DNA of 64,000 bases from Bacteroidales bacterium (GCA_016715075.1 JADKBK010000006.1:95509-159508), one strand, 5' to 3'; positions 30,278-40,523 are shown, numbered from the stretch's first letter. Made by a program: numbers and translations. The notes: generated from the sequence alone by a model not told the origin.

Positions 30278-31353
30278 CTTTTAACACGGGCATTACCTTT
30301 CCAGATACTCCAGATCTGCTCTTCATCGGCAGGTTGTGCATAGTCTGTCATTGAAGTGGTGGCGAGTGCACCGCAGGCCCACCCGAATTCCATCCATTTT
30401 GATGGATCCCATCCCTTCAGTATAGCATAGAGCATTCCACCCACAAAGCCATCACCGCCTCCAATCCTGTCGAGTACATATATCTCTCTGGGTTCTGCAA
30501 CATGCCAGTTCTCACCCTCAAGCATTATAGCGCCCCAGAGATGATTATTGGTGCTGATCACCTGCCTCAGTGTGGTTGCAAAGACAGATGCTTCAGGGAA
30601 GGCTTGTTTTACCCTGCTGATCATATCCTTGAAACTGTCAATATGACCGGAAAGATCTTGCCCCCCTTCTTCAGGACCCTTGATTCCCAGGCAAAGCTGG
30701 AAATCCTCCTCATTGCCAACAAGTATATCAGCTGAGGCGGCAATCTCAGTGAAGATCTCCCGTAACTCATTTGCACGTCCCTTCCAGAATGATGCCCGGT
30801 AGTTCAGATCGAATGAAATTTTTGTTCCGCATCTTTTTGCGGCTCTTGCGAGTTCCAGACAGAATTTGCCGGTCTCAGGAGAAAGTGCTGATATCAGTCC
30901 TGAGAGGTGCAGTATCTGTACTCCTTCAATGGCAAAGATCCTTTCAAGATCGAAATCCTTGACGTTCAGAGTTCTTCCAACTTCTCCAGCCCTGTCATTC
31001 TGGACCCGGGGTCCACGCACTCCATAGCCGCTGTCAGCAATATTGAACTGGTGGCGAAATCCCCATGGTCCTCCCTGTTCTACCTCTGCTCCCTCATAGT
31101 TCATATGCCTGCCGGCAAGACTGTCCTTGATGAGCCTGGCGATCGGACTGTCCTTCACAAATGTCGTTAACACTTTTACGGGCAGGCCAAGATACGAAGA
31201 GATGCTGGCTACATTTGTTTCAGCACTTGTGGCATGCATGTAGAAAGTGTCGCTGCTGTGAGTAGGCTGTCCGTTGACGGGGGTTATGCGAACACCCATA
31301 CTGGTTGGCACCAGCAGGGACCATGCGCAATTATTTTTTATTTCTATTTTCAC
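30274..31353 (-). CDS. kdgK: PfkB-family sugar kinase, 2-dehydro-3-deoxygluconokinase-like
   Basis: 359 aa with the ribokinase-fold C-terminal motif DRIGGGDGFVGG, in a hexuronate gene context. Confidence 0.6.
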   Translation of the reverse strand: MKIEIKNNCAWSLLVPTSMGVRITPVNGQPTHSSDTFYMHATSAETNVASISSYLGLPVKVLTTFVKDSPIARLIKDSLAGRHMNYEGAEVEQGGPWGFRHQFNIADSGYGVRGPRVQNDRAGEVGRTLNVKDFDLERIFAIEGVQILHLSGLISALSPETGKFCLELARAAKRCGTKISFDLNYRASFWKGRANELREIFTEIAASADILVGNEEDFQLCLGIKGPEEGGQDLSGHIDSFKDMISRVKQAFPEASVFATTLRQVISTNNHLWGAIMLEGENWHVAEPREIYVLDRIGGGDGFVGGMLYAILKGWDPSKWMEFGWACGALATTSMTDYAQPADEEQIWSIWKGNARVKR

Positions 31354-31386
31354 AGAAACTAATTTTAAAATTATTATTATTAAGTA

Positions 31387-32571
31387 TTAACTGCAAGCGC
31401 TGACAAATGCCTTTGCTGCAGCCTCAATTTCACTATCTGTCGAATTAATATTAATTCCCCATCCGGCCCCGAGTCCGCCGTCAACCACACCTACACTGAT
31501 ATTCATACTCCTGCTGAGAATATCATCAGTCTTCGGATATGAACCCTTAGTATGAGGCTGTCCGATTTTTTTCAGGTGCGCGAGAACATGTTCCATATTG
31601 GCGTATACATGCCATCCACTCTGATCCACCGTTTTTGATCCCAGTGCTTTGGATACTTTTACCGCCTGCTCCCTGGTATCAAAAATTACAGTACAAAGTG
31701 TAGCGCAATCACCATCCGGATCGTTGAGAGTTCTGAATCTGAATCCTCCGGCCTTTGAAATGAGATTTTTCAGAATGGCTCTCTTCTCACGTAATGTGGA
31801 AACTATCCTGTCAAGCTTTCCCAACTGAGCAATGGCTACTGCCGCCGACAGTTCATTCATCCTGAAGTTCAGACCAAGTAAGACCCTGTTCCCGACTTCA
31901 ACACCCGTTCTGTTTGGCTTATGACCCTGATCATGCATCCCAAAGGCAATTTCATACAGATCTTTGTCGTTTGTTGCTACAAGGCCGCCATCACCGCTGT
32001 TAATCGTTTTAAAAATATTAAGTGAAAAAGCACCTATATTTCCAATAGTCCCGATCTTTTTCCCCTTATAGGATGCACCGGCAGCCTGGCAGGCATCTTC
32101 AAGAACGTACAACCCATGTTTTTTGGCAATTGCCATGATCCTGTCCATATCACAAGGATTACCAAGCATATGCACCGGCAATATCGCTTTGGTACGCTCT
32201 GTGATCCTGTGTTCTATGTCAGAGGGATCGAGACACAGACTCTCATCAATTTCAGCCAGAACTGGTACTAAGCCCATGAAAATAAGTGAAGAATAGCTGG
32301 CGACAAAGGTATAAGCCGGAACAATAATTTCATCACCCGGCTTTAATCCCAATGCAGCCGCTGAAACCAGCAATGAGGATGTCCCTGAGGAAGTTGCAAG
32401 AGCGTACTCTGCATTGCAATACTCAGCAAAAGCCTTTTCAAGAGTATAGACTTTTTTCAGAAACCTCGGATCTTTCTCATCCCCGTAGCGAAAGAGATAG
32501 CCACTTTGCAAAACTTCAAGAGCAGCATCCAGCTCTTCTTTACCAAACCAATAAACTCCTGGCCCCGGCAT
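31387..32571 (-). CDS. DegT/DnrJ/EryC1/StrS-family PLP aminotransferase
   Basis: 394 aa with ALATSSGTSSL, ILPVHMLGNP, and the lysine in FSLNIFKTINSGDGG. Confidence 0.75.
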   Translation of the reverse strand: MPGPGVYWFGKEELDAALEVLQSGYLFRYGDEKDPRFLKKVYTLEKAFAEYCNAEYALATSSGTSSLLVSAAALGLKPGDEIIVPAYTFVASYSSLIFMGLVPVLAEIDESLCLDPSDIEHRITERTKAILPVHMLGNPCDMDRIMAIAKKHGLYVLEDACQAAGASYKGKKIGTIGNIGAFSLNIFKTINSGDGGLVATNDKDLYEIAFGMHDQGHKPNRTGVEVGNRVLLGLNFRMNELSAAVAIAQLGKLDRIVSTLREKRAILKNLISKAGGFRFRTLNDPDGDCATLCTVIFDTREQAVKVSKALGSKTVDQSGWHVYANMEHVLAHLKKIGQPHTKGSYPKTDDILSRSMNISVGVVDGGLGAGWGININSTDSEIEAAAKAFVSACS

Positions 32572-32683
32572 AATAACCTCCTTTTATATTATTGTTAATA
32601 TTTCAAATTACCACTGTTTCCAAATTTAGAAACTTTAAGTCTATTTATATCCCGAAAGAGTGATTCATTTAATTTCCTCTTTG

Positions 32684-32707
32684 AACACCCTGGAGATCCA
32701 GGGTGTT
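32684..32707. other. perfect 10-bp stem hairpin AACACCCTGG-AGAT-CCAGGGTGTT in the uxaE/DegT spacer
   Basis: Read directly from the sequence. It lies about 115 nt downstream of the uxaE stop, with no clear U-tract on the minus strand. Confidence 0.4.
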
Positions 32708-32819
32708 TTAACCTCTATATATTCCCCTGGCTGAACGGCTGACATGCTCAAAGTCATACTGAGGTTTTTATTATGGTATACAAAGGATTCACCAAAATCC
32801 GGAACCTGTTAGCTGAATA

Positions 32820-34073
32820 TTACTTTATATCAAATAACCTGCATATATGCCTGCTGAAAATGTTTTCATAAACGGATTCTGATACTTTATCTTCATATTT
32901 GTCAAGCAGGCTGAAATATGTATCCATTTTATGTGCAGCCAGCTTATATGCCACGTGAAGCAGCTGCCTCATATCCGGATTATAGTTACTGTTACCCGGG
33001 ATATGCCTTATAGCTGCAGCAAATCTTTCCTGATTCCATACCGCTACTTCCTTTTTTGAAGGGAGATGCGAAATCCTGATGTCAATCACATCCGCATAAG
33101 GGGCACATAATTCTTCAATCATATCAAGCGATTCAAAATAGATCTCCTTAACAAAGTCAAGGGCTTCTCCTCCGGATACTGCCAGGCCAATGACTTCTTC
33201 TAGCCAGGTAGTTCCTGCAGTTTTAATATGAATGCCTTTATTGAATTTGCGGACAATTGATCCTATGGATGGGTAGATCGCAAATTTATCTGAGCCTGAG
33301 TGAATACTCATTTTGAGGTTTTCCGGTAATCCGAATTCCCTGACCGCATAATCAATTACCTTAAGGTCTGATTCAAATTCCAGATTAAAAGCTTGCGGGT
33401 CACCAACATAATCAACTCCTTTATTGAATCTTCCCGAGAATTTGGGAGCTATTGTCTGAACAGGGATATTTTCCAAAGCAAGCATCCGGAGAATGAAAAA
33501 GAGCTCTGCCGGCGTCTGTGGCTCAGGAACTTCATCCATTGAGACCTCAGTAATAAAATTGCCTCTTCCTTTGGCTTTTTCAATTTTCCGGTAAATATCC
33601 CATGCCTTAAGGGCTGCGAAAAGATACTTCTCAGTTATATTAATGATCTGCTGTTTTGAGATGTTAAACGACCTTGCAATGCCGGGAATTTTAAGCTCCC
33701 CTTCATATTTTAATGCACCTGAGAGGAACTCTTTTATCTCATTATCATCCGCTTTACTCCCAATATATGAGGCCACATCAATTGTGAAGAAATCAGAACT
33801 ATCTATGAACCTGTCCACGGTATCGAAATTTATATGATCAGCATCAACAAAGTATTCTTTAAGGAACCCGGCTTTTTTTGTTGCGTGATCGGCCTCTGTC
33901 CTTACATCTGAAGGTTGAGTGCCAATTGTCATATGCTCCCTGTTGGATTTATTCCAGACAGGGGTTATTTCTATTCCATGCTTTGAGGCTTCAGTAATTG
34001 CTTTCAGCTGTGCTGTGCCCTGATGGCCAAACCTGTCACCAAGTCCAAAGGAATATTTTCCAAGTGTTTTCAT
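32820..34073 (-). CDS. uxaE: tagaturonate/fructuronate epimerase family protein
   Basis: 417 aa. SFGLGDRFG, VDADH, EVSMDEVPEPQTP and SIHSGSDKFAIYP..HIKTAGTTWLE parallel the Thermotoga UxaE motifs as I recall them. Confidence 0.65.
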   Translation of the reverse strand: MKTLGKYSFGLGDRFGHQGTAQLKAITEASKHGIEITPVWNKSNREHMTIGTQPSDVRTEADHATKKAGFLKEYFVDADHINFDTVDRFIDSSDFFTIDVASYIGSKADDNEIKEFLSGALKYEGELKIPGIARSFNISKQQIINITEKYLFAALKAWDIYRKIEKAKGRGNFITEVSMDEVPEPQTPAELFFILRMLALENIPVQTIAPKFSGRFNKGVDYVGDPQAFNLEFESDLKVIDYAVREFGLPENLKMSIHSGSDKFAIYPSIGSIVRKFNKGIHIKTAGTTWLEEVIGLAVSGGEALDFVKEIYFESLDMIEELCAPYADVIDIRISHLPSKKEVAVWNQERFAAAIRHIPGNSNYNPDMRQLLHVAYKLAAHKMDTYFSLLDKYEDKVSESVYENIFSRHICRLFDIK

Positions 34074-34109
34074 ATGTGTCGTTTGATTTTCGTATTTATT
34101 TACATTATG

Positions 34110-35166
34110 CTAAACAAAGAAGTCAACATTTTCAGATGTGATTATATCTACAGGAAGGTACTCTATTTTTTCAGGCATCTTATTGAGTGAAAGGAATTCG
34201 AAGAGCTTCTTAACTGCCTTATATGTCTGTTCTTCCGGACGCTGTCCGATAAGGAAGCGTATATTTCCTGATTGCAGATACAGTACATTTTTATCCAGTA
34301 GGTCATATCCGATGAGGTTAATGGTTTTTAATCCTTTTTCCTCGAGACAGGCAGCAATCAGATAGGATTTCGACCCCGACATGAATATTGAACCTATTCC
34401 TGGATTCACACTGAAAGCTCCATCGATAGCGTTTCTGATATTGTCCTGAGTAGGGTCGGCTATGCTGATTTGAATCTTTTTACCCCTGTTGCGGCCCGAT
34501 TTCCCGAAATAGCCAAGAAAACCCTGCATACGTTTGTTAAGGTGAGGTACATTCTGGATGTTTCTTGCGAAATTGATAATTAAAATGTCGCTCTCAGCCG
34601 GAGTAATCATATCAGCAAGCTGTCCGGCTACTCTTCCACTTCTGTAAATATCCTCCCCGATATATGCCAGGAAATTTGTATTTTCAATAAATCCGTCAAC
34701 AAAAACAAATGGAATGTTTATTTCATTAAGTCCCGAGCAGAAGACTACTGATTCAGATTTGAATATAGGAGCGAGCAATACCCCGTCAGGTTTTCATACT
34801 AAGAATATTCCTTGACTTTCTCTGAAAATCTTCCTCATTGAACATATCAAAAGTGATCTGAGTGAGACTTACACGGAACAGGTCAAGCTCTTCGATAGCC
34901 CTGTTTATCCCTGCTGAATGCTTTTCCCAGAAAACGTTATCCTTAGAAGGCTCGGGAAGAAGTGATATGAGATGATAGCCTTTTCTTGATTTTAATACCT
35001 GGGCCATAACATCAGGGGAATAATTTGTCTCTTTCAGTATCTGCCTGACCTTTTCCCTGGTTTTTGCAGCAACCCCATCCCGTTCATGCAACACCCTGTC
35101 GACAGTCCCAATCGATACTCCGGCAAGCCTTGCAATATCTTTTATTCTGCTTTTCTTCGGCGTCAT
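34110..35166 (-). pseudogene. LacI-family transcriptional regulator, split by a +1 frameshift between the HTH and sugar-binding domains
   Basis: ORFs 34786-35166 (IKDIARLAGVSIGTVDRVLH) and 34110-34778 are halves of one regulator. Removing one T from the T4 run at 34791-34794 restores ..NILSMKPDGVLLAPIFKSE... Confidence 0.8.
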
Positions 35167-35218
35167 GAACGGTTTATCAGTATAGTGAGATTATGCACAG
35201 TTTACAGCTTTTAATTTC

Positions 35219-35353
35219 GGACTTCGGTCTTCACTTGTTTTAACCCACCCCTAACCCCTCCAGGGAGGGGAATCAGGAGCATCGGACTTCGGACTTCGGA
35301 CTTCGGACTTCCGACTTCGGACTTCCGACTTCCGACTTCGGACTTCCGACTTC
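35219..35353. repeat. intergenic element C: core module + ~10 tandem heptamers (SGACTTC)
   Basis: GGACTTC GGTCTTC at 35219-35232. Core TTAACCCACCCCTAACCCCTCCAGGGAGGGGAATC at 35240-35274. (GGACTTC/CGACTTC) x ~10 at 35284-35353. The element ends 5 nt from the exuT stop. Confidence 0.8.
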
Positions 35354-35358
35354 ACCTT

Positions 35359-36647
35359 TTATTTAATAATCGGTTTAAGATCATCACCCAGGGGAGTCAT
35401 AGTCGGCATCATCCAGTGTACTATTCCAAGAATGACAAGATATAAAGTGCCGGCGATCAGGAAGGCAAAGAAATAGCCCTCTTTTCCCTGGGCATCGAGT
35501 ACTGAACCCAGGCTGAAATCGGCAATAATTCCTGATATAGCTCCGATCATACCTCCAATACCTACGACAGAGGCAGTTGCCTTTTTCGGGAAAATGTCAC
35601 TCGCGAAAGTGAAGACATTGGCAGACCATGCCTGGTGTCCTGCGGCAGCAATTCCTATCAGGACAATTGCAATCCATTGGTTATCAGTTTTTGTAGCGAA
35701 GGAGACAGGTAGTATTATTATTCCGCACAGGAGGAGGGTTATTTTACGGGAGAAATTAATGCTTCTTCCGCTTTTTATCAGTTTTGATGAAAACCATCCG
35801 CCCAATACACTTCCAAAATCAGCCAGTACATAGATTATGATGAGCGGAAGGGCAAGTGTTTTAATATTTATGCCAAACTGGTCGAAGAGGAATTTTCCTC
35901 CCCAGAAGAGATAGAACCACCATACAGCATCAAGGACCTTTGTAAGGAGAATGCCCAGGTTTGTTTCAGGGGCAAGACCCTGGCCCAGGGGATCTTCTCA
36001 GTTGTTTCAACGTCAGAGTCACTTAGTATGTATTCCAATTCAGCAGCTGACAGCTTGGGGTTGTCCTCGGGCTTCTTATATATCTTAAGCCACATAAAAA
36101 CCCATAACCCTGACAGGACTCCTGTAAGCAGAAAGGGATATCTCCATCCGTCACCGTTATCGGCAACAAGGAACATAACAACAATGGGAGCGAGGATAGC
36201 GCCAATACTTGTAGCTGCATTAAATATGCCTGTTGCCAAAGCTCTCTCTTTTTTGGGAAACCATTCTGCAACGGTTTTTATGCTTGCAGGAAAGTTACCA
36301 GCTTCACCGAAACCGAGACCAAACCTGGCCAGGATGAATCCTATAAGCGCAAAGCTTTTGGATATAGTGGCGTGCAGCATTCCAAAAATGCTCCAGATTA
36401 TTATTGAAAGGGTAAAGCCCTTCTTGGTTCCGAGCCGGTCGATAAGGCGGCCCATAAGAAGTAGTCCTATTGCATATGCCGTTTTAAAAGACATGTTTAC
36501 AAGTGCATAATCCTTATTGGACCATTTGAAAATCTCCATTAGCTTGGGAGCCATTACTCCCAGTAAACTTCTGTCGAAGTAGTTAATTGTCAGAGCGAAG
36601 AAGAGCATTGCCAATATTCGCCAGCGATAGTTTCCGGTAGTACTCAT
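35359..36647 (-). pseudogene. exuT: MFS hexuronate transporter, split by a frameshift
   Basis: ORFs 35868-36647 and 35359-35805 are halves of one transporter. The continuation KVLDAVWWFYLFWGGKFLFDQFGINIKTLALPLIIIYVLADFGSVLGGWFSSKL is in another frame. One base is missing at about TTT 35939-35941. Confidence 0.75.
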
Positions 36648-36679
36648 AGGTTTGTCTTCAGGTTATATTAAAAGCTGTT

Positions 36680-38134
36680 TTATACGTTGTAGGTTGTCGA
36701 AGCTGTTGTTCCTCCTCTTCCTGTCCAGTTGGTATGAAAAAACTCTCCCCGCGGCTTATCTGTCCGTTCATATGTGTGGGCGCCGAAGTAATCCCGCTGC
36801 GCCTGCAGAAGGTTTGCAGGCAGCTTCTCGCAACGATAGCCGTCATAATACCCAAGTGCAGATGATATTGCCGGTACGGGGATCCCGTTTGTAACAGCCG
36901 CAGAGACCACTCTTCTCCATCCACCCTGTGCCTTCTCCACCTTCCCGTTGAAGAAGGGATCAAGAAGAAGATTGGTTATTGAAGGGTTATTATCAAATGC
37001 CTCTTTTATCTTTCCGAGAAACGCCGATCTGATTATACAACCGCCTCTCCACATAAGTGCTATTCCGCCATAATTGAGTTTCCATTTATACTCTTCAGCG
37101 GCAGCTTTCATGAGGGCGTATCCCTGAGCATACGAGACCATTTTGGAAGCATACAGTGCATCCCTTATATCATTAATGAATCCTGCCTTATCGCCTGTGA
37201 AAACCGGTACCGGGCCCTTAAGTATTCCTGAGGCCTGAACCCTCTCATCTTTAACAGCAGAGAGACATCTTGAAAAGACAGCTTCCCCTATCAGTGTCAA
37301 TGGAATTCCAAGATCAAGAGCTGCAATACCTGTCCATTTGCCGGTCCCTTTCTGCCCGGCTGTGTCAAGGATCTTATCTACCAGTGGTTTGCCGTCAGTA
37401 TCTTTAAATCCAAGGATATCTCGCGTTATTTCAATGAGATAACTGTTGAGTTCACCTTCGTTCCATTCCCTGAAAATTGCATGCATCTCATCGGCTGTAA
37501 GGTGGAGCAGATCTCTCATAATCTGATAAGCTTCTGTTATGAGCTGCATATCACCATATTCGATACCGTTATGAACCATTTTTACAAAATGACCGGCTCC
37601 ATTTTCACCAACCCAGTCACAGCAGGGAGATCCGTCTTCAACCTTTGCTGCAATTGCCTGAAAGATAGGTTTGACATATGGCCAGGCTTCTTTTGATCCC
37701 CCGGGCATTATTGAAGGTCCCAGGAGAGCTCCTTCTTCGCCTCCGGAAACCCCGGTTCCTATATAGAGGAATCCCTTCTTTTCTACCATTGCTGTCCTTC
37801 TGTTGGTATCCGGAAAATGAGTGTTGCCACCGTCAATGATTATGTCACCCGGAGAAAGAAGGGGGAGAAGTGTTTCAATCATCTCATCAACAGCACTTCC
37901 GGCTTTAATCATAAGCATAATTTTCCTGGGTTGTGCGAGAGAGCCAACCAACTCTTCCACCGAGTGGGTTCCTGTTATATTTTTCCCTTTTGCCCTTCCC
38001 CCAAGAAAGTCGTCAACCTTCTTTGTGGAACGGTTGTAAACGGATACCTGAAATCCCTTGCTCTCCATATTGAGTACAAGATTCTCACCCATTACTGCCA
38101 GGCCTATTAATCCAATGTCAGATAATTTGTTCAT
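36680..38134 (-). CDS. gnd: 6-phosphogluconate dehydrogenase, decarboxylating
   Basis: 484 aa with IGLIGLAVMGENLVLN, GGNTHF and HNGIEYGDMQLI. Confidence 0.9.
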   Translation of the reverse strand: MNKLSDIGLIGLAVMGENLVLNMESKGFQVSVYNRSTKKVDDFLGGRAKGKNITGTHSVEELVGSLAQPRKIMLMIKAGSAVDEMIETLLPLLSPGDIIIDGGNTHFPDTNRRTAMVEKKGFLYIGTGVSGGEEGALLGPSIMPGGSKEAWPYVKPIFQAIAAKVEDGSPCCDWVGENGAGHFVKMVHNGIEYGDMQLITEAYQIMRDLLHLTADEMHAIFREWNEGELNSYLIEITRDILGFKDTDGKPLVDKILDTAGQKGTGKWTGIAALDLGIPLTLIGEAVFSRCLSAVKDERVQASGILKGPVPVFTGDKAGFINDIRDALYASKMVSYAQGYALMKAAAEEYKWKLNYGGIALMWRGGCIIRSAFLGKIKEAFDNNPSITNLLLDPFFNGKVEKAQGGWRRVVSAAVTNGIPVPAISSALGYYDGYRCEKLPANLLQAQRDYFGAHTYERTDKPRGEFFHTNWTGRGGTTASTTYNV

Positions 38135-38177
38135 GATTGATTAGTTTATTTATTAATGTTTCTTTTTGACCATATTT

Positions 38178-38240
38178 GGTTCTGGGTACTGGTTTCTGGT
38201 TTCTGGGTTCGATCACCCAGCACCCAGCACCCAGCACCTA
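38178..38240. repeat. intergenic element D: inverted heptamer arms (GGTTCTG-like x5 / GCACCCA x~4)
   Basis: GGTTCTG GGTACTG GTTTCTG GTTTCTG GGTTCGA TCACCCA GCACCCA GCACCCA GCACCTA. It starts 3 nt from the oxidoreductase stop. Coordinates were checked against ORF 38156-38368. Confidence 0.8.
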
Positions 38241-38243
38241 TTT

Positions 38244-39230
38244 TCAGCGTAGTCCCTTATAGTATCCCTCCACCACTTCATCCATCACCCTGCTTGTCCG
38301 GGCCCCGCTTTCTCCGGTACTGGGAGAAACGCCTTTTCCTTCCAGTGCCCTTACTATTTTGTCAATAAGGAAGTACTGGACATGCTCGGGGCGTTCATTG
38401 ATAAATTCCTGCCGGCCTGATTCATTTACTAAAACAATCGGTTCAAAGCTGAAGGTTGAGAATCTTATTGATCCTGTTGTTCCGGTTATTTCAATAATAT
38501 CTCTGTTACTCTCTTTTGAAGCATTGAAGCACCAGGTTCCCACCCCGGCAATATCTCCGGGAAAAACAAACTCGGCGGTAACGAAATCTTCAGCTTTATA
38601 AAGTCCTCCCTGGTTCAGAGCTAACGATCGTATCTTCTGTACAGGTCCGAATAAATAATCAAAATAGTCAAGCTGATGGCTGGCAAGATCAAAAAAATGT
38701 CCGCCGCCTGATATATCCGGGTCAACCCGCCACGGCAACCTTCCAGATTTCTCATCATCTGAAGGAGACTTAAAAAGCTGAGTCTGAAGCAGACGCACTT
38801 TGCCGATACTGCCTTTTTCGATAAGATCCTTTACTTTCAGAAAACCAGGAAGTGCCCGTCTGTAATATGCCACAAAAACAGGGATCCCTGATTCCCGGGA
38901 TGCCGTATTGATTTTTGTACACTCAGCATAGTTAAGCGCCATTGGCTTTTCTATATAAACCGGCTTGCCTGCCTTTAATGTGGCTATTGCATACTCCATA
39001 TGGCTGGAAGGAGGTGTTGCAACATATACTGCGTTTACATCTTTATCATTAATGAGATCACGGGCATCAGAATAGAACTTTGGAACGTTATGTCTGGACG
39101 CATAGTCTTCAGCCAGCGAACGGTTTCTTCTCATAACCGCTATCAGTCTTGAGCCCTCAACCTTACTGAATGCAGGACCGCTTTTGACTTCCGTTACATT
39201 GCCGCAACCTATAATCCCCCAATTTATCAT
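38244..39230 (-). CDS. Gfo/Idh/MocA-family NAD(P)-dependent oxidoreductase
   Basis: 328 aa with the N-terminal Rossmann motif INWGIIGCGNV and EKPMA. Confidence 0.8.
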   Translation of the reverse strand: MINWGIIGCGNVTEVKSGPAFSKVEGSRLIAVMRRNRSLAEDYASRHNVPKFYSDARDLINDKDVNAVYVATPPSSHMEYAIATLKAGKPVYIEKPMALNYAECTKINTASRESGIPVFVAYYRRALPGFLKVKDLIEKGSIGKVRLLQTQLFKSPSDDEKSGRLPWRVDPDISGGGHFFDLASHQLDYFDYLFGPVQKIRSLALNQGGLYKAEDFVTAEFVFPGDIAGVGTWCFNASKESNRDIIEITGTTGSIRFSTFSFEPIVLVNESGRQEFINERPEHVQYFLIDKIVRALEGKGVSPSTGESGARTSRVMDEVVEGYYKGLR

Positions 39231-39248
39231 ATGATTCTCCTGTTAATT

Positions 39249-40523
39249 TCAGTTCGTTAATCTTTCCCTGGAAGTCCATAATCCAAGGGCAGGATTGGAA
39301 ATATAAAATATCTCCTCTCCGTCACTCATTATGTTTATTCCATCTTTAAGCTTTTCGGGATTATATTTTCCGATCATGGAACCCAGGTCGTGATATTTGA
39401 AATTGACGGATTCTATTTCGTCGCGGCTCAGATTTCCCGGGCAGTATGTTACAGAGAACCTTCCTTCGGAACTACCGTGAATAAGATGCGCAGCTGCACT
39501 AAGGTTATTCCTGAGTTCCTCATTTTCCTTAAGTGATTTAAGTGTGGCAGGAGTACCACGGTAGCCATATTTCCTTATTAACCGGTCAATCTCCCTGTCT
39601 TCCCCAAACTCTTTTAATCCAGGTGCAAGTACAATTAATTCACCATTGTCAGCCATAGCCATTCTTGTCCTGTAGATGCTCTTGTTTCCAAGCCATGTGC
39701 TTTTAAATTCGGCAGGATCAAGATAGACAACCACTTTCTTCAATGGTTTATCGAGAATTCAGAAGTTAACCTTAAGTGATAATTCAGCAGCAAGCCTGAA
39801 TACCTCTTCGTCATCACCTATAAAAAGACCCCTGATCACCAGCTTCCCTGTATCATCCCGTCCAATAACCGTATGAACATAAACAACAGGCAGATGCTTC
39901 ATAAACTCAGCTGCAGCATGATTAAGGAGATTCCTTACCGGGTTGCTGTATTTGCCCATGATCTTCTCCATCCCGCAAACAGCACCTACGAAATGGCTCT
40001 TATTTATTCCTTCCGGTCCTCCGGTACCGATAAGAAGATTCTTATTGAAATTAGCCATTCCGATCACTTCATGAGGTACAACCTGACCCACTGAAAGTAT
40101 CAGATCATGGCCGCCATTATATACCAGCTTATTGAGCTGAGCAGGCCACGAATAATCAAGTGCCCCGTTTGTAATTGCCGAAACGTACTCTCCTGGTACA
40201 GTACCGATTGTGACAACGTCATTTCTCCAGTCATGGATCCGGAAAAGATCTTTCGGTACCCCCCGGAACATCTGATCAAGCTGAGTGTCAGTCATTGGGG
40301 CATGTGTCCCCAATGCAGGCAGGATATCTTTAAGATTGCTCTTATAGTAGTTGTAAATCAGGGTTGTCAGATCGCCTGCTCTTGAGTGGTAACGGGTAAA
40401 GTCCGGAGGAACAACAAGCACTCTTTCTCTTTTTCCAAGCTTATCCAGGGCAGACCTGAGGCCATATTCCAGATCACTTTGCCCGATTACAGTATTTTCG
40501 GAACCAGACTTGTAGTAGATCAT
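39249..40523 (-). pseudogene. LarA-like (DUF2088, nickel-pincer-dependent racemase/epimerase family) gene interrupted by one in-frame TGA
   Basis: ORFs 39759-40523 and 39249-39743 are in the same frame, reading ..LSLKVNF-TGA-ILDKPLKKVVVYLDP.., for a total of ~424 codons, the length of LarA. Contains VLVVPPDFTRYHSRAG and GQVVPHEVIGMANFNK. Confidence 0.7.

Noticed and set aside
39759-39800. Selenocysteine insertion at the in-frame TGA of the LarA-like gene, with a downstream hairpin acting as a SECIS element.
   Set aside because: The hairpin is short, bulged and AT-rich. No sel genes or tRNA-Sec are in the window, and no Sec-containing LarA family member is known to me. I kept it only as a low-probability alternative in the finding.
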